Part shown: in pieces, positions 12,205 to 27,010 of the stretch
Position numbering within the stretch: position 1 is the stretch's first letter
Layout of the letters: every line of letters begins with the position of its first letter
Assembly: GCF_006345805.1 (NCBI RefSeq)
Contig: NC_043012.1
Coordinates: 13,454,001 to 13,518,000, forward strand
DNA: 64,000 bases
Source: Octopus sinensis
Taxonomy: Eukaryota
Reading direction: 5' to 3'
Translations under genes and position numbers: made by a program
Notes under the pieces: generated by a model
Seen by the model: the letters and a program-made list of their open reading frames with translations, nothing else
Told to the model about the DNA's origin: nothing
Database searches by the model: none

Positions 12205-12427
12205 TGTTCCTTCTCGAGCCATGCCCAGCTCATAAGAGCCGGTTTCCCGGTTTCTTGGCGTATAGGTTCCCCACCTGGACGGGACGCCTGTCCATCGCAG
12301 GTGAGCTGCAAGATGCAGGAGGAAAGAGTGAGAGAAAGTTGTGGCGAAAGAGTCAGCAGAAGTTTCGCCATTACCTTCTCCCTCGACCGCGAGTCCGCTG
12401 CTCTAACCACTGGGCCGTGTGCCTCCA
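12205..12427 (-). mobile_element. tRNA-derived SINE
   Basis: Minus strand begins GGAGGCACACGGCCCAGTGGTTAGAGCAGCGGACTCGCGG (A-box-like), followed by a GC-rich body in AT-rich context. Confidence 0.6.
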
Positions 12428-13293
12428 CATCTATATATAATACATGTGTATTAATGTTTATTTTTAAGCTATAAGGAAAAATAGAATTGTACGTTAAACT
12501 GATGCATTTGTCATTACTCAATACTTTTAATATAGTATAAAATTATTACTCTTCATTAAGAACAGAATTGACAGAGTTGTTAATTCTGCTGCGAAGTGGT
12601 TGTAGGATGGAGGTTATTTTGATCTGTAGTCCTAAGTTTAAGTAAGCTTATATTTCCCAGTTTTTATTCTGGCTAAACTTTTACCGGCGGTGTAAAGGAA
12701 GGGGAGTAACATGGTTAAAGGGAGGTAACTCTATCCAGATTTCTCAGTCCGGGGTGAGTAAAGAATTGTTGTCTTTTGGACTTAAAGATGTAGGAAGTTC
12801 GTAGTAATAGAGGAAACCTTCTAAAATAATTGGTATAATATGATTATGGGTGTGTAAAATGAGTGGGGCTTGGGAGGTGAATGTTTGCGTGTAAGTACTT
12901 TAATTGGCTCCCAGCTAAATGAGATTATTTAGATGAAGAAGCTAGCGTCGGATTTGTACAGGGTCAATCGGGTTTACCGATATTTGGAAAAGACAAAGAG
13001 ACCTATATGTAGACAAAAAAACTGTTCTCATATTTTATTTTAAATGTACTATTACTACTTTTCTTTATTAATTAATTAAATTAATGGCTTACTAGGGCAA
13101 ACAACCAACTTCTTCTTTTCTTCCTGTTATCTTTCCTCCATTTTCTTCTTGCATATATATATATGTGTGTGTTTGTGTATCTGTGTGTGTATATATATAC
13201 ACACAAAAAATAGTTTGAACCAGAGAGGGCAAGAAGTTGTATAAAATTACAACTGATCTTACTGTATTTCCTTTGAAGCAAAGCCAGAAATAA

Positions 13294-13354
<61 letters not shown>

Positions 13355-13388
13355 GTGTGTGTGTGTGTATGTGTGTGTGTGGTGTGTG

Positions 13389-13441
<53 letters not shown>

Positions 13442-13685
13442 ATGTATGTTTATGATTTGTATCATAATATGCTCGGGTGAACGCTTTACAGATTGAATAT
13501 AAAAGGATTAGGGGTAAAGTAAAGTAGATAAATAGAACTAGGACAATAAGCAAAGTAAATATGGATGATTGAGTAAAGATAAATAGAAATAAGATTAATT
13601 GATAGTTAATAAAAGAATACATTATTCATTTAAAAGGCATAAATAAAATTATAAAAAAGTTTTATATGTAATATGTACGTATATG

Positions 13686-13731
<46 letters not shown>

Positions 13732-14982
13732 TACATAAGTATGTATATATAAATGTGTGTTTGTGTGTGTGTGCCTGTGCGTGTATCCGTGTGTATATAC
13801 GTATGTATGTATACATACGTGCATGTATGTGTACATATAGGTTCAAAATTTAAGGTTAATAACAACAAAGAATGTGATTTAAAAATAAAGTGCATTTAAA
13901 GATATACCAAAAAAGAAAAAAAACAATAAGAAAACTATAGATAAAAGATAGGGAAGAAAATTTCTAGTGACGTAAAATTGCATTGGTCTATGACTTCTCA
14001 TGATGAAAATTTTGGCGGTCGATTGACCGTATACGAAAAAAATAAACAGGAATGAGTTTTCATGCATTCAAAATAAACAGAGTACAATAATTTATAATTG
14101 ATAGATGCGTATATGCGAACACATAGTTGTGTGCTCGTGTAATATTAAGATTTCTATAATTGTGTGTATTTACACGCTAACAAATATTGAAACTGTGTGT
14201 AAATATTGTGTGCGCTCTCATGTAAGGACACGCGCTATTAAATTTTGAGTTTTTTCTTGTGCATGTATATATAAACAGTATTAGAATCTAATATATCAAC
14301 TAACTATACATGAACTAAGGGAATGTGTATAGCTATGAACTATGTACATGTGAGCGTTTCTGTTTAGCTACGTGTGTGGTTACCGGTATAATATATATCC
14401 TTTTGTCATGGTGGGCAAGTAATTATAAATGTATGCATGGATGTAGTGATGCGAGATCCGTTTGTAATACTGGGGGCAGGTGTATGCTTGCATGCACATA
14501 TGGTTCTTTGAATGTCAGTGTATAGCGTGCTGTGCTACAAGGTATGTATATTTCGATGTGTATGTATGTATGTGTGAAAGCGTGTGGAAATATATATACA
14601 CATGTTGTTTTTTATGTAGAAGGGTAAATTGGAGTGTGGGGGTGTATTTATGTTGTATAGGGGAGTGGTCTAGTAGGGGGGAAGGATATAAGTTGATGTA
14701 TTTGCAGCAAAAGTATTTATGTGTATTTCGTTGTTACCTTGAGGCCGTTATTGTGTCGTTGCGAGAAGTTGATCTTCATATACGCATATCACTGGATAGA
14801 ATGCATTTTTTGAACGCATGTCTAAAAGTGCGTGTGCTGGCCTTGGGAATGTTGATTTTGATAAAGGCATTTATCGATATGTTGTGGGCGCAAACTGCAA
14901 GGCCTAGATATTACTGTACGTATAATTCATCTGTGTGTATGGGTGTGGGCAAGATATTGTACACCGTGAGGGTCCATGTCGT

Positions 14983-15048
<66 letters not shown>

Positions 15049-15853
15049 AGTGGGTATGGAGTCTATGGGCGTGTTATATTGTGTATATAGCTGTGCTGGT
15101 GTTCATATAGATGTATGCGTCGTGTATGTGCGTGTTCTGAAGTGTGTTAAAGAATGTAATGTATGAATATATATATAGGTAGAAACAGAAAGGTTGTTAA
15201 ACACATACATTGATGCAGCGCAGATGTTAAGAATACAATCTAGTGAACAGTTCATCTTCCTGTTTTATACGTTCCATAGTTTCTGCAATGATGGAGTTGA
15301 TATCCTCTCCCGTGAACATAGATTCAATTGTCCGTGAATGAAGACATGCTTTGGCTAATATTATGCGGATCAAATATCCTTTTAGTTCAGATTAGGTCTT
15401 TCTTAATCTTGACTGTTGCTTGGTTAAAATTTGCTAAAGACAGAATTGTTTCAAGTAGAATATGTATGTAATTATATTGAAATACGAAATAGAAGCAGTG
15501 GTATTATAATGAACATTGTCGACCACATACTCTTAAGATATACACACTTCGCTAAATCACAGTCTACCAGCAGATGTTCGTCTTTTGTAATTTAAGTATT
15601 TGTGGTTCAGAACATATGCATATAGTTCAAATTTACAGAAAACACAAGGCGCAGGCAGCTAAAGGAACAAAATCCGATGTATTAGTTTAACGCTCCGGAA
15701 GAATAGAAAAGTATAGTATGTTTCGAGCCTACGCTCTTCGACAGAAAGGATTAATAGGGTACACAAAACACGGTGAGAGAATTGTAGGGATTAACGTTTG
15801 TTCATCTCTCCTAATCGACTGCTCTTTCCTTCATGTTCTCCACTCTGAGCTGT

Positions 15854-16978
15854 CTATACAACTGCGAAAACTATGTAGCTTAACAAGAATATAAGAGTTA
15901 CAAAAAAAGATACCCAGTCAAGCTTCCTATATGTATATGAACGCTTCTTCGATCGACTTGTATTTTCTATGATTACATTGTCTTGAACAGACTCATCCAT
16001 AATTCCAACTTTATTTTTCGATCCACTTGTTTTTTCTGGGATTGAGGTCTCGTGCACAGCGGTCTCGTTGACATAAAATTTACACACAATTATGGAGACA
16101 AAGGTAGAAAAGCCGCTGATAAGTGTCAGAATTAGGAGATATAACAAATATCTTGAGACTCCACGAGATTTAGAACCCAACGACTTGGCCGATTCTGTTA
16201 AATAAACGACATTGGCAAGGAAAATAGTAATTGCAACTGATACCTTTTCTCCCGTCTCAGCAGGCAATACATACACACCCAAGTTCAATATTGTCAGCAG
16301 TGCTGGGAATATAAAATGGGTGAATGTTTCACTCATCGATTTTCTATTTGCATAAATAATAACCCTAGCCGATACAATTCCATTTTCCATGACGTCTCCT
16401 ACAACAAACTTAAAATCCCAGGAATCTGACGACGAGTCATGCCTATTGTGAAAGGAAAAGTTTTGCATAGTTTGTTCTTTATACTTTTGATGGCGCAAAC
16501 AAGTTTTTATATAACATTCGTGCTCATCGAAAGGATATTTATGCATATCAATTGTGCAGTAAGTTTGGAAAATGCCGTCCATATGAAACGTAACGGTTCC
16601 ATCATATTCTATGGTGGCTCCTCCTTTATGAACAGCGAAATTACCTGACATATCGTTACAAATGTAAGCGTGCGGGTACCATATATCCTCTATGTCTACG
16701 TTTATATAACTTATATTATTCAGTTTGTCATTCCACATCAAGTTGTTATCTCTCCATGATAAACCAAGCACAATTTTGCTTGCAAGTAAACCTTTGTGGA
16801 TATCTAATTCAATGATTTTCAAAAGAATAAGAGATACATTTATTTTCACTATAGCTTCATCATCAGGAAAAGGCAAAAGCGTTTTCGTGTAATTTTCGAA
16901 TAAGTTTGAGTGTAAAATGTTTTTCTCCGAAACAGCGTTAACAGTAACCGCTAATAATACCGAAGTTATTAATTTCAT
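15854..16978 (-). CDS. Chemotactile-receptor-like Cys-loop channel subunit (CR-2), single coding exon, 374 aa
   Basis: Signal peptide, ENYTK, WRDNNLMW, IWYPHAYICN, Cys-loop CTIDMHKYPFDEHEC, LPAETGEKVS and M1-M4. No loop-C vicinal Cys. Confidence 0.95.
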   Translation of the reverse strand: MKLITSVLLAVTVNAVSEKNILHSNLFENYTKTLLPFPDDEAIVKINVSLILLKIIELDIHKGLLASKIVLGLSWRDNNLMWNDKLNNISYINVDIEDIWYPHAYICNDMSGNFAVHKGGATIEYDGTVTFHMDGIFQTYCTIDMHKYPFDEHECYIKTCLRHQKYKEQTMQNFSFHNRHDSSSDSWDFKFVVGDVMENGIVSARVIIYANRKSMSETFTHFIFPALLTILNLGVYVLPAETGEKVSVAITIFLANVVYLTESAKSLGSKSRGVSRYLLYLLILTLISGFSTFVSIIVCKFYVNETAVHETSIPEKTSGSKNKVGIMDESVQDNVIIENTSRSKKRSYTYRKLDWVSFFVTLIFLLSYIVFAVV

Positions 16979-17284
16979 TGTTGTTAACTGGAGGTAAATT
17001 GCTGCTCTTTAGTTGATTCCTTATTTTAAAATGCTCAGAGTAAGTTCTGATTTCTAAATTAAATCGAAATATTAATTATGATACACAATGGCTTTCGTTG
17101 TTAAAACGTAATGAGTTTTCTACGTTGAAGAATCAGTAATAATATTTTTGAATATCATCAACTTATAACTGCAACCAAGTTAAAAATGAACTGGTTAGTT
17201 TCAATTGCAATTAAATATAGTTAACTAATCTCACTTCTCTCTTTCGAGCTCTACTTCCTTGAATCATTCACTCATTCTCTCCCT

Positions 17285-17330
<46 letters not shown>

Positions 17331-17714
17331 CTTCTCTCTCTCTCTCGCGAGCGCTCGATAGATTTTTCTTTTACTGTTATTTTTGTAGCTTTTTACTGCA
17401 CCCTCTCTCTTCATGTTACCAGAATGTACCGTGTGTATTGAAGTCTCTTTCATTCGTTTGATTTTAAACACTCAAGTATTTAGTAAGCAATTAGTTCTGG
17501 CCAGGGACTTTGCCTGAAAGAAACTATGCATAATATAGTCTGTTCATTAACGATTTGGATATGGAAAGTGATATTCTAAACAAATTCCTTTGAGACTACA
17601 ATCGAAGGAGCCCATTCACAGATTCAGAATATACAGAGTTAAATATATATAAAAAACACACTGTGTTCATTATCCATTAAATTAAAAGTTGTTACTGTTG
17701 CAGAAATCAATTAC

Positions 17715-17727
17715 TTATGGATCAATT
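17715..17727 (-). promoter_or_regulatory. Conserved upstream 13-mer TTATGGATCAATT (AATTGATCCATAA on the coding strand), CR-2 copy
   Basis: The identical 13-mer lies upstream of CR-3 (26218-26230) and CR-4 (42350-42362). This copy is 737 nt from the ATG. Confidence 0.6.
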
Positions 17728-18399
17728 TTCTCCATATGCAAAGCGACATCTAAGAGCTTGTGAATAATAGCAATTGAAAACAATACCATTACATTTGCTT
17801 CATTTAACTTTTAACTTTGTAGTTGTTATTGTTCTTCTTTTCAATTACACAGACCGTAACATGTCGGATGAAATACATTTTCTAGTTTTACTTAACAGTA
17901 TTAACTATATTTCATTTAATAGATACAGATAAACAGAATTTTGGTCATTTCCCAAGAGAACATTTTCTAGATTTCACGTAAAGTGGTTTTCCAGCCAATT
18001 TTCATATTCTTCTTTTCATTGTTTTGTAATTTATCTAGTGCTCGTATAATCACTGTGATTATTTTAATTTAAAATATTTCACATTCTCGCTCTTTGAATG
18101 TCTAAAACTTTATACATAAAAAAGGTTTTTCAATTTCTCTTAATGGCATTCCATTGGGGCTGGAGGGAGTATGACATATCAAATGTCTTGTGATTATTTG
18201 AATTTGCTTCAAGAAAAAAATATTTTTGGAAACATTTGTTACAATATATCGTGCATCTTGGATTGATTTGTCTGTCTATATGTATGATTGTTTATAGAAT
18301 AATTTAATATGCATCATTACTAGAAACTGTTTTTAAAATTCTGTAATACGCAAAAATATCTATTATATTCCTGGGCGTTGTGTGTGTTTATTGAGCGAA

Positions 18400-18570
18400 A
18401 ACACCTAAAAAAGCTCTACGAGGCTCCGGCAGGGGGTGGTGATCCCTGCTGTACTCATTCACCACAATGGCGGTGCCCCAGCATGGCCACAGCTCAAGAG
18501 CTGAAACTGGAAAAACAAACAAACAAAAAAAAATATAAAATCCGTTCTGTCTGTCTGTGTATGTGTCTTC
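18400..18570 (+). mobile_element. SINE 3' fragment
   Basis: GGCGGTGCCCCAGCATGGCCACAGCTC...TGAAACT tail shared with copies at 40410, 46940 and 54510. Confidence 0.55.
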
Positions 18571-19599
18571 TATGATCTCGGGCTTCCTGGATCTGATTGC
18601 GTTCAAATTTGATATGTAGATACCGACGGTATCAGGGCGTGTATATGTCTTGCAAAAATTACAAAATCGCTTCCAGGTGAGAATACGATCGATAAAGCCG
18701 TGGGAACGTGCATTTGTACGCGCAAGTACATCAGCTGTTGCGATCGATCCTACGCGTACGCGAGAAAAATGCACGTGTAGTTTCCTACATGTTTTATCGG
18801 ATAAACTTGTTATTGTCCCAGGTACGTTCTCATAAATTCATCATGCTTTTCCATCTAGATTTACATCCAGCTAACCCATTTGCATGCATCACTTTTGTTC
18901 TTTCGTCAACCTGTACATAACTGCACCTTCCATTTTTTGTTGTTTTTGTACTGCTTAAAGACACGTTTCTTACCTGCCAAACTTACTATTTAAAACATGT
19001 TTGTGTTCTCCCAGTTAACAGCCTTATCATTACTGGTACTTTAAACTCTGCAGTTGCATATTCGTATGAATAAAATCGTTTTTCTTTGGAATAGAAAACA
19101 AACCAGTTTTTATTTTGCTGCTGTCTCAAATTTAGGGTAAATCAGTGTTTCTCAAAGCGGAGATCTATCGGAGAGTCGGACAAGTTGTTTTGAGAAAATT
19201 TGGTTTAAATGTTTGACAACTCAGCACCGTCCATTGGACGTTTTGCTCATTCTTTATGAAATTCAAACTCATGTATATTTATATTTATCGGATCTCCGTA
19301 AAATAATCACTTGATTAGCTCATGTAAATACGCTTTAAGAACTGTAATACTATTGAATCTCATCCTTAGTAGTTATCTTGCTTGTTAAGAGATACCAAAT
19401 TTTCCCCAGACCAGCACAGTGACTTTTACTGAAATTGTTCTTAAATTCTTGGAAATTATTTTCTTTCTTTTACAAATTTTATATTGATCTCTGTTATCTT
19501 TACAGGACTAAGAGAAAAGTTTCAAATTACTGGACAATTATTTTGCGTACAACCTTTTCTTCATAAATTATCAATCAGATCTAAATTCATGAGGTTTAA

Positions 19600-19800
19600 C
19601 CGTTTTCATATATTTCCATTCGCTCATTTCTTCCATCAATTTGGTAGTAGAGACATTTCCTGACAAGTTAAACTTAATGCTACAAGACACCGAAAAATTA
19701 TTTTCTCATTATAAACTTCCTAACTGTGAAGAGCAAAAAGCTAGGACTTACCTGCTGATAGAAGAATATATTCGCACTTAAATAGAGATGCAATTTGAGA
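19600..19800 (+). mobile_element. Possible hAT-family transposase relic
   Basis: LVVETFPDKLNLMLQD resembles the YLxDIFxKLNxLNLxLQG motif, and a Charlie-like CAGTGTTTCTCAAA lies at about 19142. Very short match. Confidence 0.25.
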
Positions 19801-19949
19801 TATATTGCAAAAACCCTACGCTACCTTTTAGCCCTGTGTTAATATAACATCTTTATCAATTTCGGCAGTAAATAATACAGTACTATAAAAAAACAAAAAC
19901 AAATAACGCACAACAAATTGTTTTTAATAAGAAGAACGAGAGTTTATTC

Positions 19950-20860
19950 AAACTTGGAATTGGCGGAGTGCATATACATGTTAACATTCCTATAATTGAA
20001 ATATTATTTGTAAAGTGCAAAATATTAGTGTGACAAGAAGATATATATTATTCGTTTCCAGATGTAAACTAATATACGGTGAAAATAAGGGGCCACATGC
20101 TATGTGAGCGACCAATATAAAGATATCTGCAAACTTTTCAGTTCCTTCGGTTGGTTTGGATTTTATGTAATACAAATATTGTGCAATATTGTGTTATTTC
20201 AGAGGTATTAGTATGAGGTTGTTTTAATATACATTTCAGTTCCAGGGAAATACGTAAATCGATATAAAGCATTATTTAAAGAAACTGCGTAATACGAATA
20301 CATCGGTTTACATACATGTGCATCAATAATAAATATTGATTGTATACGATGCCTCTTAAGCGACCAGAGTTTTTATATTCATGCATTTTGTGAACAAATT
20401 ATAAAACTATAATTCCATATAGGCTATGTGTATGTGTGGCCGGTTATATCTATGTGAGTCTTACTTTTCTGTATGTATCCTATTACACTAGTTGCGTTTT
20501 CTGATAGAGATTTGTGTCAACATCAGTTTTAGCGCAATTCTAATTTACTTCTAAAAAATATAATCTCCTACTCTTCTCAACCGTGGCTTTTCATAGGCAT
20601 TTTCTTTACGAAACACGTCCAATCTCCATGTTTACATGTATTTATATTACTTATTAGCTTAACCAGATATTGTACAATATTGCGCTTTACTTCAAAATTC
20701 ATATTCACGACACTTGTAAAATGTTTGATTTAATCAAATTTGCATGATTGACAGAATTGATATCATCAGGTTTAAATATTTCAAAAATACAACAGGAAAT
20801 ATATTAGGCATTTTATGGTAATAGTTTTTAATGGTTTTATGGCTTACGTACTATATTTAA
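19950..20860 (-). pseudogene. Tentative, heavily degraded CR-like pseudogene
   Basis: Ordered remnants on the minus strand: S*I.EFL.K* (20684-20710, WxDxxLxW-like), CNRIHTEK*DSHRY (20446-20487, Cys-loop-like), NNLILIP (20202-20223), PTEGTEK (20134-20154), IYLL and ISIIG. Needs several frameshifts. Confidence 0.35.
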
Positions 20861-22089
20861 TATTATAAATAAAGCGTAGTCTATTCAGTATTATATTTGA
20901 GCATACTTAGAATATGTAGTATTATATATGCGACTACTAAATAACGACTGGATAACATTATATGTAATGAAACAAGTGGCACCTGCCCTAGATATGATGG
21001 TAAAGACTGGAATAGAATACTAAGGGATTGTGACAAAGCAAACGGGGTGAAAACGTGCTACAAAACCGACAAATATCAAGGAGTGGTGTTTGTAGTGGCC
21101 GCAGCCCATGGAGAACTACCCCGTAGATTTAGGAAAGCTCTAAAGTAGACCAAACTCAACATTAAGATCGTTGAAAAGCCAGGGAACGGAATATTATATC
21201 TGAATTTGTGAGTTTATGAGTTTATAGACTGCAGATGGCGTGTGGGTATATTATGTGTGCGACATATTGTGTGCGGTTGTGTGCATGAATTTCTGTGCAA
21301 TTATTATTTGTGCATATGTTTCTTTCATTATCAGTAAGTGTATTATGAAGCAAGTGTATGTATGGCTATGAAATTCGTACTTATAGGTGCGTAAGTATTC
21401 GGGCATTCACTCTTGTGCGGGATTTTATGCTTCTTTGCGTTACTTGCCGGTATATTGTGAAACAAATGTGTTATAATCTAGTATGTAGATATATATGTGT
21501 GGAGACATTACTGCAATATGCTTTTGTAACTGTGTATGCGCGTTTATGTTTCTCTCATAATGTGGTGGATAAGTTTGGGTTTTTTGGATAGGCGTCGAAT
21601 GGTTTCAAAATGAAATGGTGAGTGGACATAGGTTTATGCATTTATCATGTGTATGTGTGTATATGAGTGTGTGTGTTGTTGTATAGGCTTTTTGTTTGTT
21701 GTGTGTCCTGGCGTTACATCGTACGAGCAAATGCATAAGTAGTTTACATGGCTGCGTATATATATATATGTGTGTGTGTATGTGAGCGTGTGTCGAATAT
21801 AGCGGATGTGTGACTCATTTACATGTATGCTTTTTGTATTGGAACTGTCCAAGCGTTATGATAGATATGCTTATGGATATGTTCTGGAAGATAAATGGAG
21901 TGTGTGAATATACTACAGTATGTCTTGTTATTCTGTGTATGAGTGAATGCAAAATATTATAGATATTTGTGAGTGGTATCTTGTTACAAGGCAAATTGTA
22001 TATTAGCGACATTGGATGAGCAATACATATGTGGGTTATGTGTGGTTCGAAGTGTGGTAGAAAAATAAGGTAGTGGTGAGTACATAATA

Positions 22090-22142
<53 letters not shown>

Positions 22143-22187
22143 GTGTGTGTGTATGTATGTATGTATTTATGTATGTGTATGCATGTA

Positions 22188-22253
<66 letters not shown>

Positions 22254-22295
22254 CATATATTTATATATATATATACATACATATATATATATATA

Positions 22296-23915
<1,620 letters not shown>

Positions 23916-24261
23916 TTATTATTTGAGAGAATAAAATCCAAAACTACAAGAAAAATTCAATCTAGAAATACTAAATCAAACTTCACACAATATAATTTAT
24001 ATATAAAAATTAGAGAAAAAACACCTTTTATCAATTCAAAATGAACAATTAAATTACACCATCTAGAAAATTACATATAATAGAAATATTAAAATTAAAA
24101 TAACAATAAAATGTCAATGATTAATAATTTGCCAAAAATAATAATAAAAATAATATATATATAGATATATATATAGATATAGATATAGATATAGACATGC
24201 ATATATGCATATGCATGTGCATATGGAAAGTTTGTGTGTATTGACAGTTGCATTATCATGT

Positions 24262-25404
24262 CTATAAAGATAATACAACATAAATCATATAGATTAACAA
24301 AAATATAACAGTGCCGAACAAAAAGACCATGTCAAGCTTTTGATATGCATACAGATGTCTCTTAGAGTGAATTGTAGTTTGTAAGTTTAATTTTTCATCA
24401 TAAGGCTGGTCAATTGTTCCGATTTTATTCTTGGACCCTGTTTGTTTAAATCTGAATTCTGGTATGTTATTAGTTCTCACTGAAGACTGGTTGACATACA
24501 TTTTACACCCAATTATAGAGATAAGGGTAGAAAAGCCGCTGACAAGTGTCAGAATTAAGAGATATAACAAGTACCTTGATAACACGAGGGACTTCGTGCC
24601 CAATACTTTGACCGTTTCTGTCAGATAGACAACATTGGCAAGGAAAATTGTGATTGCAACTGAAACCTTCTCTCCCGATTCAGCAGGCAATAAATACACC
24701 CCTAAGTTCAGTATTGTCAGCATTATTGGGAATATGAAGTGTGTTAATGTTTCACTCATAAATTTTCTTTTTGCGAAAATAGTAACACTAGCCGATATGA
24801 TTTCCTTTTCAGTAATGTTCCCTACAGCAAACTTATATTCCCACTGATCTGCAGCCGCGTTATGCAAGTTGTTAAAAGAAAAGCTTTGCATGTTTTTTTC
24901 TATATTCTCCTGATGACCCAAGCAGGCGGTAATATTACATTCATGTTCATCTAAAGGATATTTAAGCATATTAATTGTGCAGTGAGTTTGGAAAATTCCA
25001 TCCATATGTAAAGACACTGATCCATCATATTTTACAGTGGCCCCTTCTCCTTCATGTAGAGAAAATTTGCCTGACATATCGTTACATATGGAAACAGTGG
25101 GGTACCATATGTCATCTACATTTACGCTTATGTAAGTTATATTTTTCATTGTTGCATTCCACAGCAAGTAGATATCTTTCCATGATAAACCAAGCACAAC
25201 TTTGCTGATAAGTAAACCTTTTTGAATATCTAATTCAATTATTTTAAACATTTCAAGCAATACATCTATTTTCACTATGTCTTCATCATTATGGACAGGC
25301 CTCTCGGTTTTCGTGTAATTTTGAAGCAACATTGATCGCAGAATGCTTTTCTCAGAAATAGCGTTTACATTAACCGCTAGTAATAAGATAGCTATGAATT
25401 TCAT
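24262..25404 (-). CDS. Chemotactile-receptor-like Cys-loop channel subunit (CR-3), single coding exon, 380 aa; close paralog of CR-2
   Basis: QNYTKTERP, WKDIYLLW, IWYPTVSICN, Cys-loop CTINMLKYPLDEHEC and LPAESGEKVSVAITIFLANVVYLTE. M1-M3 are nearly identical to CR-2. Confidence 0.95.
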   Translation of the reverse strand: MKFIAILLLAVNVNAISEKSILRSMLLQNYTKTERPVHNDEDIVKIDVLLEMFKIIELDIQKGLLISKVVLGLSWKDIYLLWNATMKNITYISVNVDDIWYPTVSICNDMSGKFSLHEGEGATVKYDGSVSLHMDGIFQTHCTINMLKYPLDEHECNITACLGHQENIEKNMQSFSFNNLHNAAADQWEYKFAVGNITEKEIISASVTIFAKRKFMSETLTHFIFPIMLTILNLGVYLLPAESGEKVSVAITIFLANVVYLTETVKVLGTKSLVLSRYLLYLLILTLVSGFSTLISIIGCKMYVNQSSVRTNNIPEFRFKQTGSKNKIGTIDQPYDEKLNLQTTIHSKRHLYAYQKLDMVFLFGTVIFLLIYMIYVVLSL

Positions 25405-26217
25405 TGCTGTTGTATGGAGGTAAATTATTTCTTCCTCTTTTTGGTTTGTTACTTTAAAGGCCCCAGTAGTTTTCGATTTCTGAATTAACCTGAAACGTTA
25501 AATATCCATGTAGAATAAGCACTCAGCTTGACGAAATATAATTGTATATTTTATGCATGAAATTATGTAAAATATTTGGCTTTGACAAAAGTCTGTTTCA
25601 GAAATTCTATCGACAGAAGAAATGTATAAGCATGCAGACAAGATTTCTCGCTAAGATTGCATGAGTTCTCTACATTCAGTAGCTTATGAAATTTTGTGAA
25701 TATCAGCAACCTTTATCTTCAGCCAAGTTACAATGAATTAATTTCTTTCACATACCGTCGCTCTCAAATGATCTTCCCTAAACTTATTTGACAGTCATGA
25801 TTTTCTGTTCTTTGACGCTCTATCCCCTCTCTGTCTCTCCATATTTCCCTCTCCTCTCTCTCTCTCTCTCCCTCTTTCATCTCTTACGCTCCCATTTTCC
25901 GTCTTTGATTATAGCTCCCTTTATTTTATACCATATATTTCTGTCCTTTTTTGTCTTACAGGATTGTGCTAAGTATTTGCTTCTAAGTATACTTAAAAGC
26001 GGTTTCAACTACTTTGATTTGAACTACTGAATCATTACTTACATTCTATAATCATTTAATTAATAAAGATCTAGTAAGATAATATTATAAAACAAATCCT
26101 CGGAGACTACAAGCGACGGGACATAACAGATGTATATTGTAAATGTTGTAATATGTATAAAATGTTGTTTCTAACACTGAATAAGCACTGAGTATTGTTA
26201 TTGTGTTCATTACTTGT

Positions 26218-26230
26218 TTATGGATCAATT
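26218..26230 (-). promoter_or_regulatory. Conserved upstream 13-mer TTATGGATCAATT, CR-3 copy
   Basis: Exact match to the CR-2 and CR-4 copies; 814 nt from the ATG. Confidence 0.6.
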
Positions 26231-26829
26231 TCCTTTTATGCATTTTGTACAAAGGAATACGCATAAGTACATAACAGCATTTCAAACCGATCCCTTGTAA
26301 TATTATTTGTATACAAAATATCTTTGTCATTTTTGAGTAACGCATTCAGCGAGTTAAAATGTTCTAAATTGGTCCCAGTAAAAATAACAATAAGATTGTT
26401 AACAATATAAAACTTTATTTGTTTGCTTTTCCGGGACAGACGAAAAGGCAAGTCCAGATATTTCTTGCATGACATTCTATTGCTCAAAATGTTAAACACA
26501 TATTGAAACACACATTTCTATGCACCTAAGCACGCAGAAATATTTAATTTCCGCACAAACAAACGACTAAAATCTACAATAAAAGCATGAGATAAATCTG
26601 CCACATAAACTATCAATATATTATAGAGTTCCCTAAAGATAAAAAAGCAAAATGATCTCGATAGACGGAGCAGAAAAACAGAACGTTTTTACAGCGGGTT
26701 TTCATTAACACAGGCAAATATATAGAGAGATAGAAGTGTACAAATACACGCACGCACATACACATACATTTTCAAGATCACACGCATACTTACCTACTTA
26801 CATATTTATATTCTTCTCTTTATTCGTTT

Positions 26830-27010
26830 ATAATTTTACTTCTTTCAATCGTTTCACTGCGGCTATGCTGGAGCACCTCCTTTTAGTCGAACCTATCGAC
26901 CCTAGGACTTTGTAAGCCTAGTACCTTTTCTATATTTCTCTTTTGCCGAACCTCTAAGTTACGGGGACGTAAACACACCAAGTTCGGTTATCAAGCGATG
27001 TTGGCTGGGC
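26830..27010 (-). mobile_element. SINE 3' portion
   Basis: Reverse complement of the GCGGTGCTCCAGCATxGCCGCAGT tail family seen at 40410 and 54510. Confidence 0.55.

Noticed and set aside
14480-15019. 179-aa ORF
   Set aside because: TG-rich low-complexity sequence with an alternative GTG start and no recognisable motif.
17950-17959. TCCCAAGAGA, an O/E (EBF)-like site upstream of CR-2, reminiscent of vertebrate olfactory promoters
   Set aside because: Not found at equivalent positions for CR-3 or CR-4, and the same word occurs in unrelated sequence near 45049.
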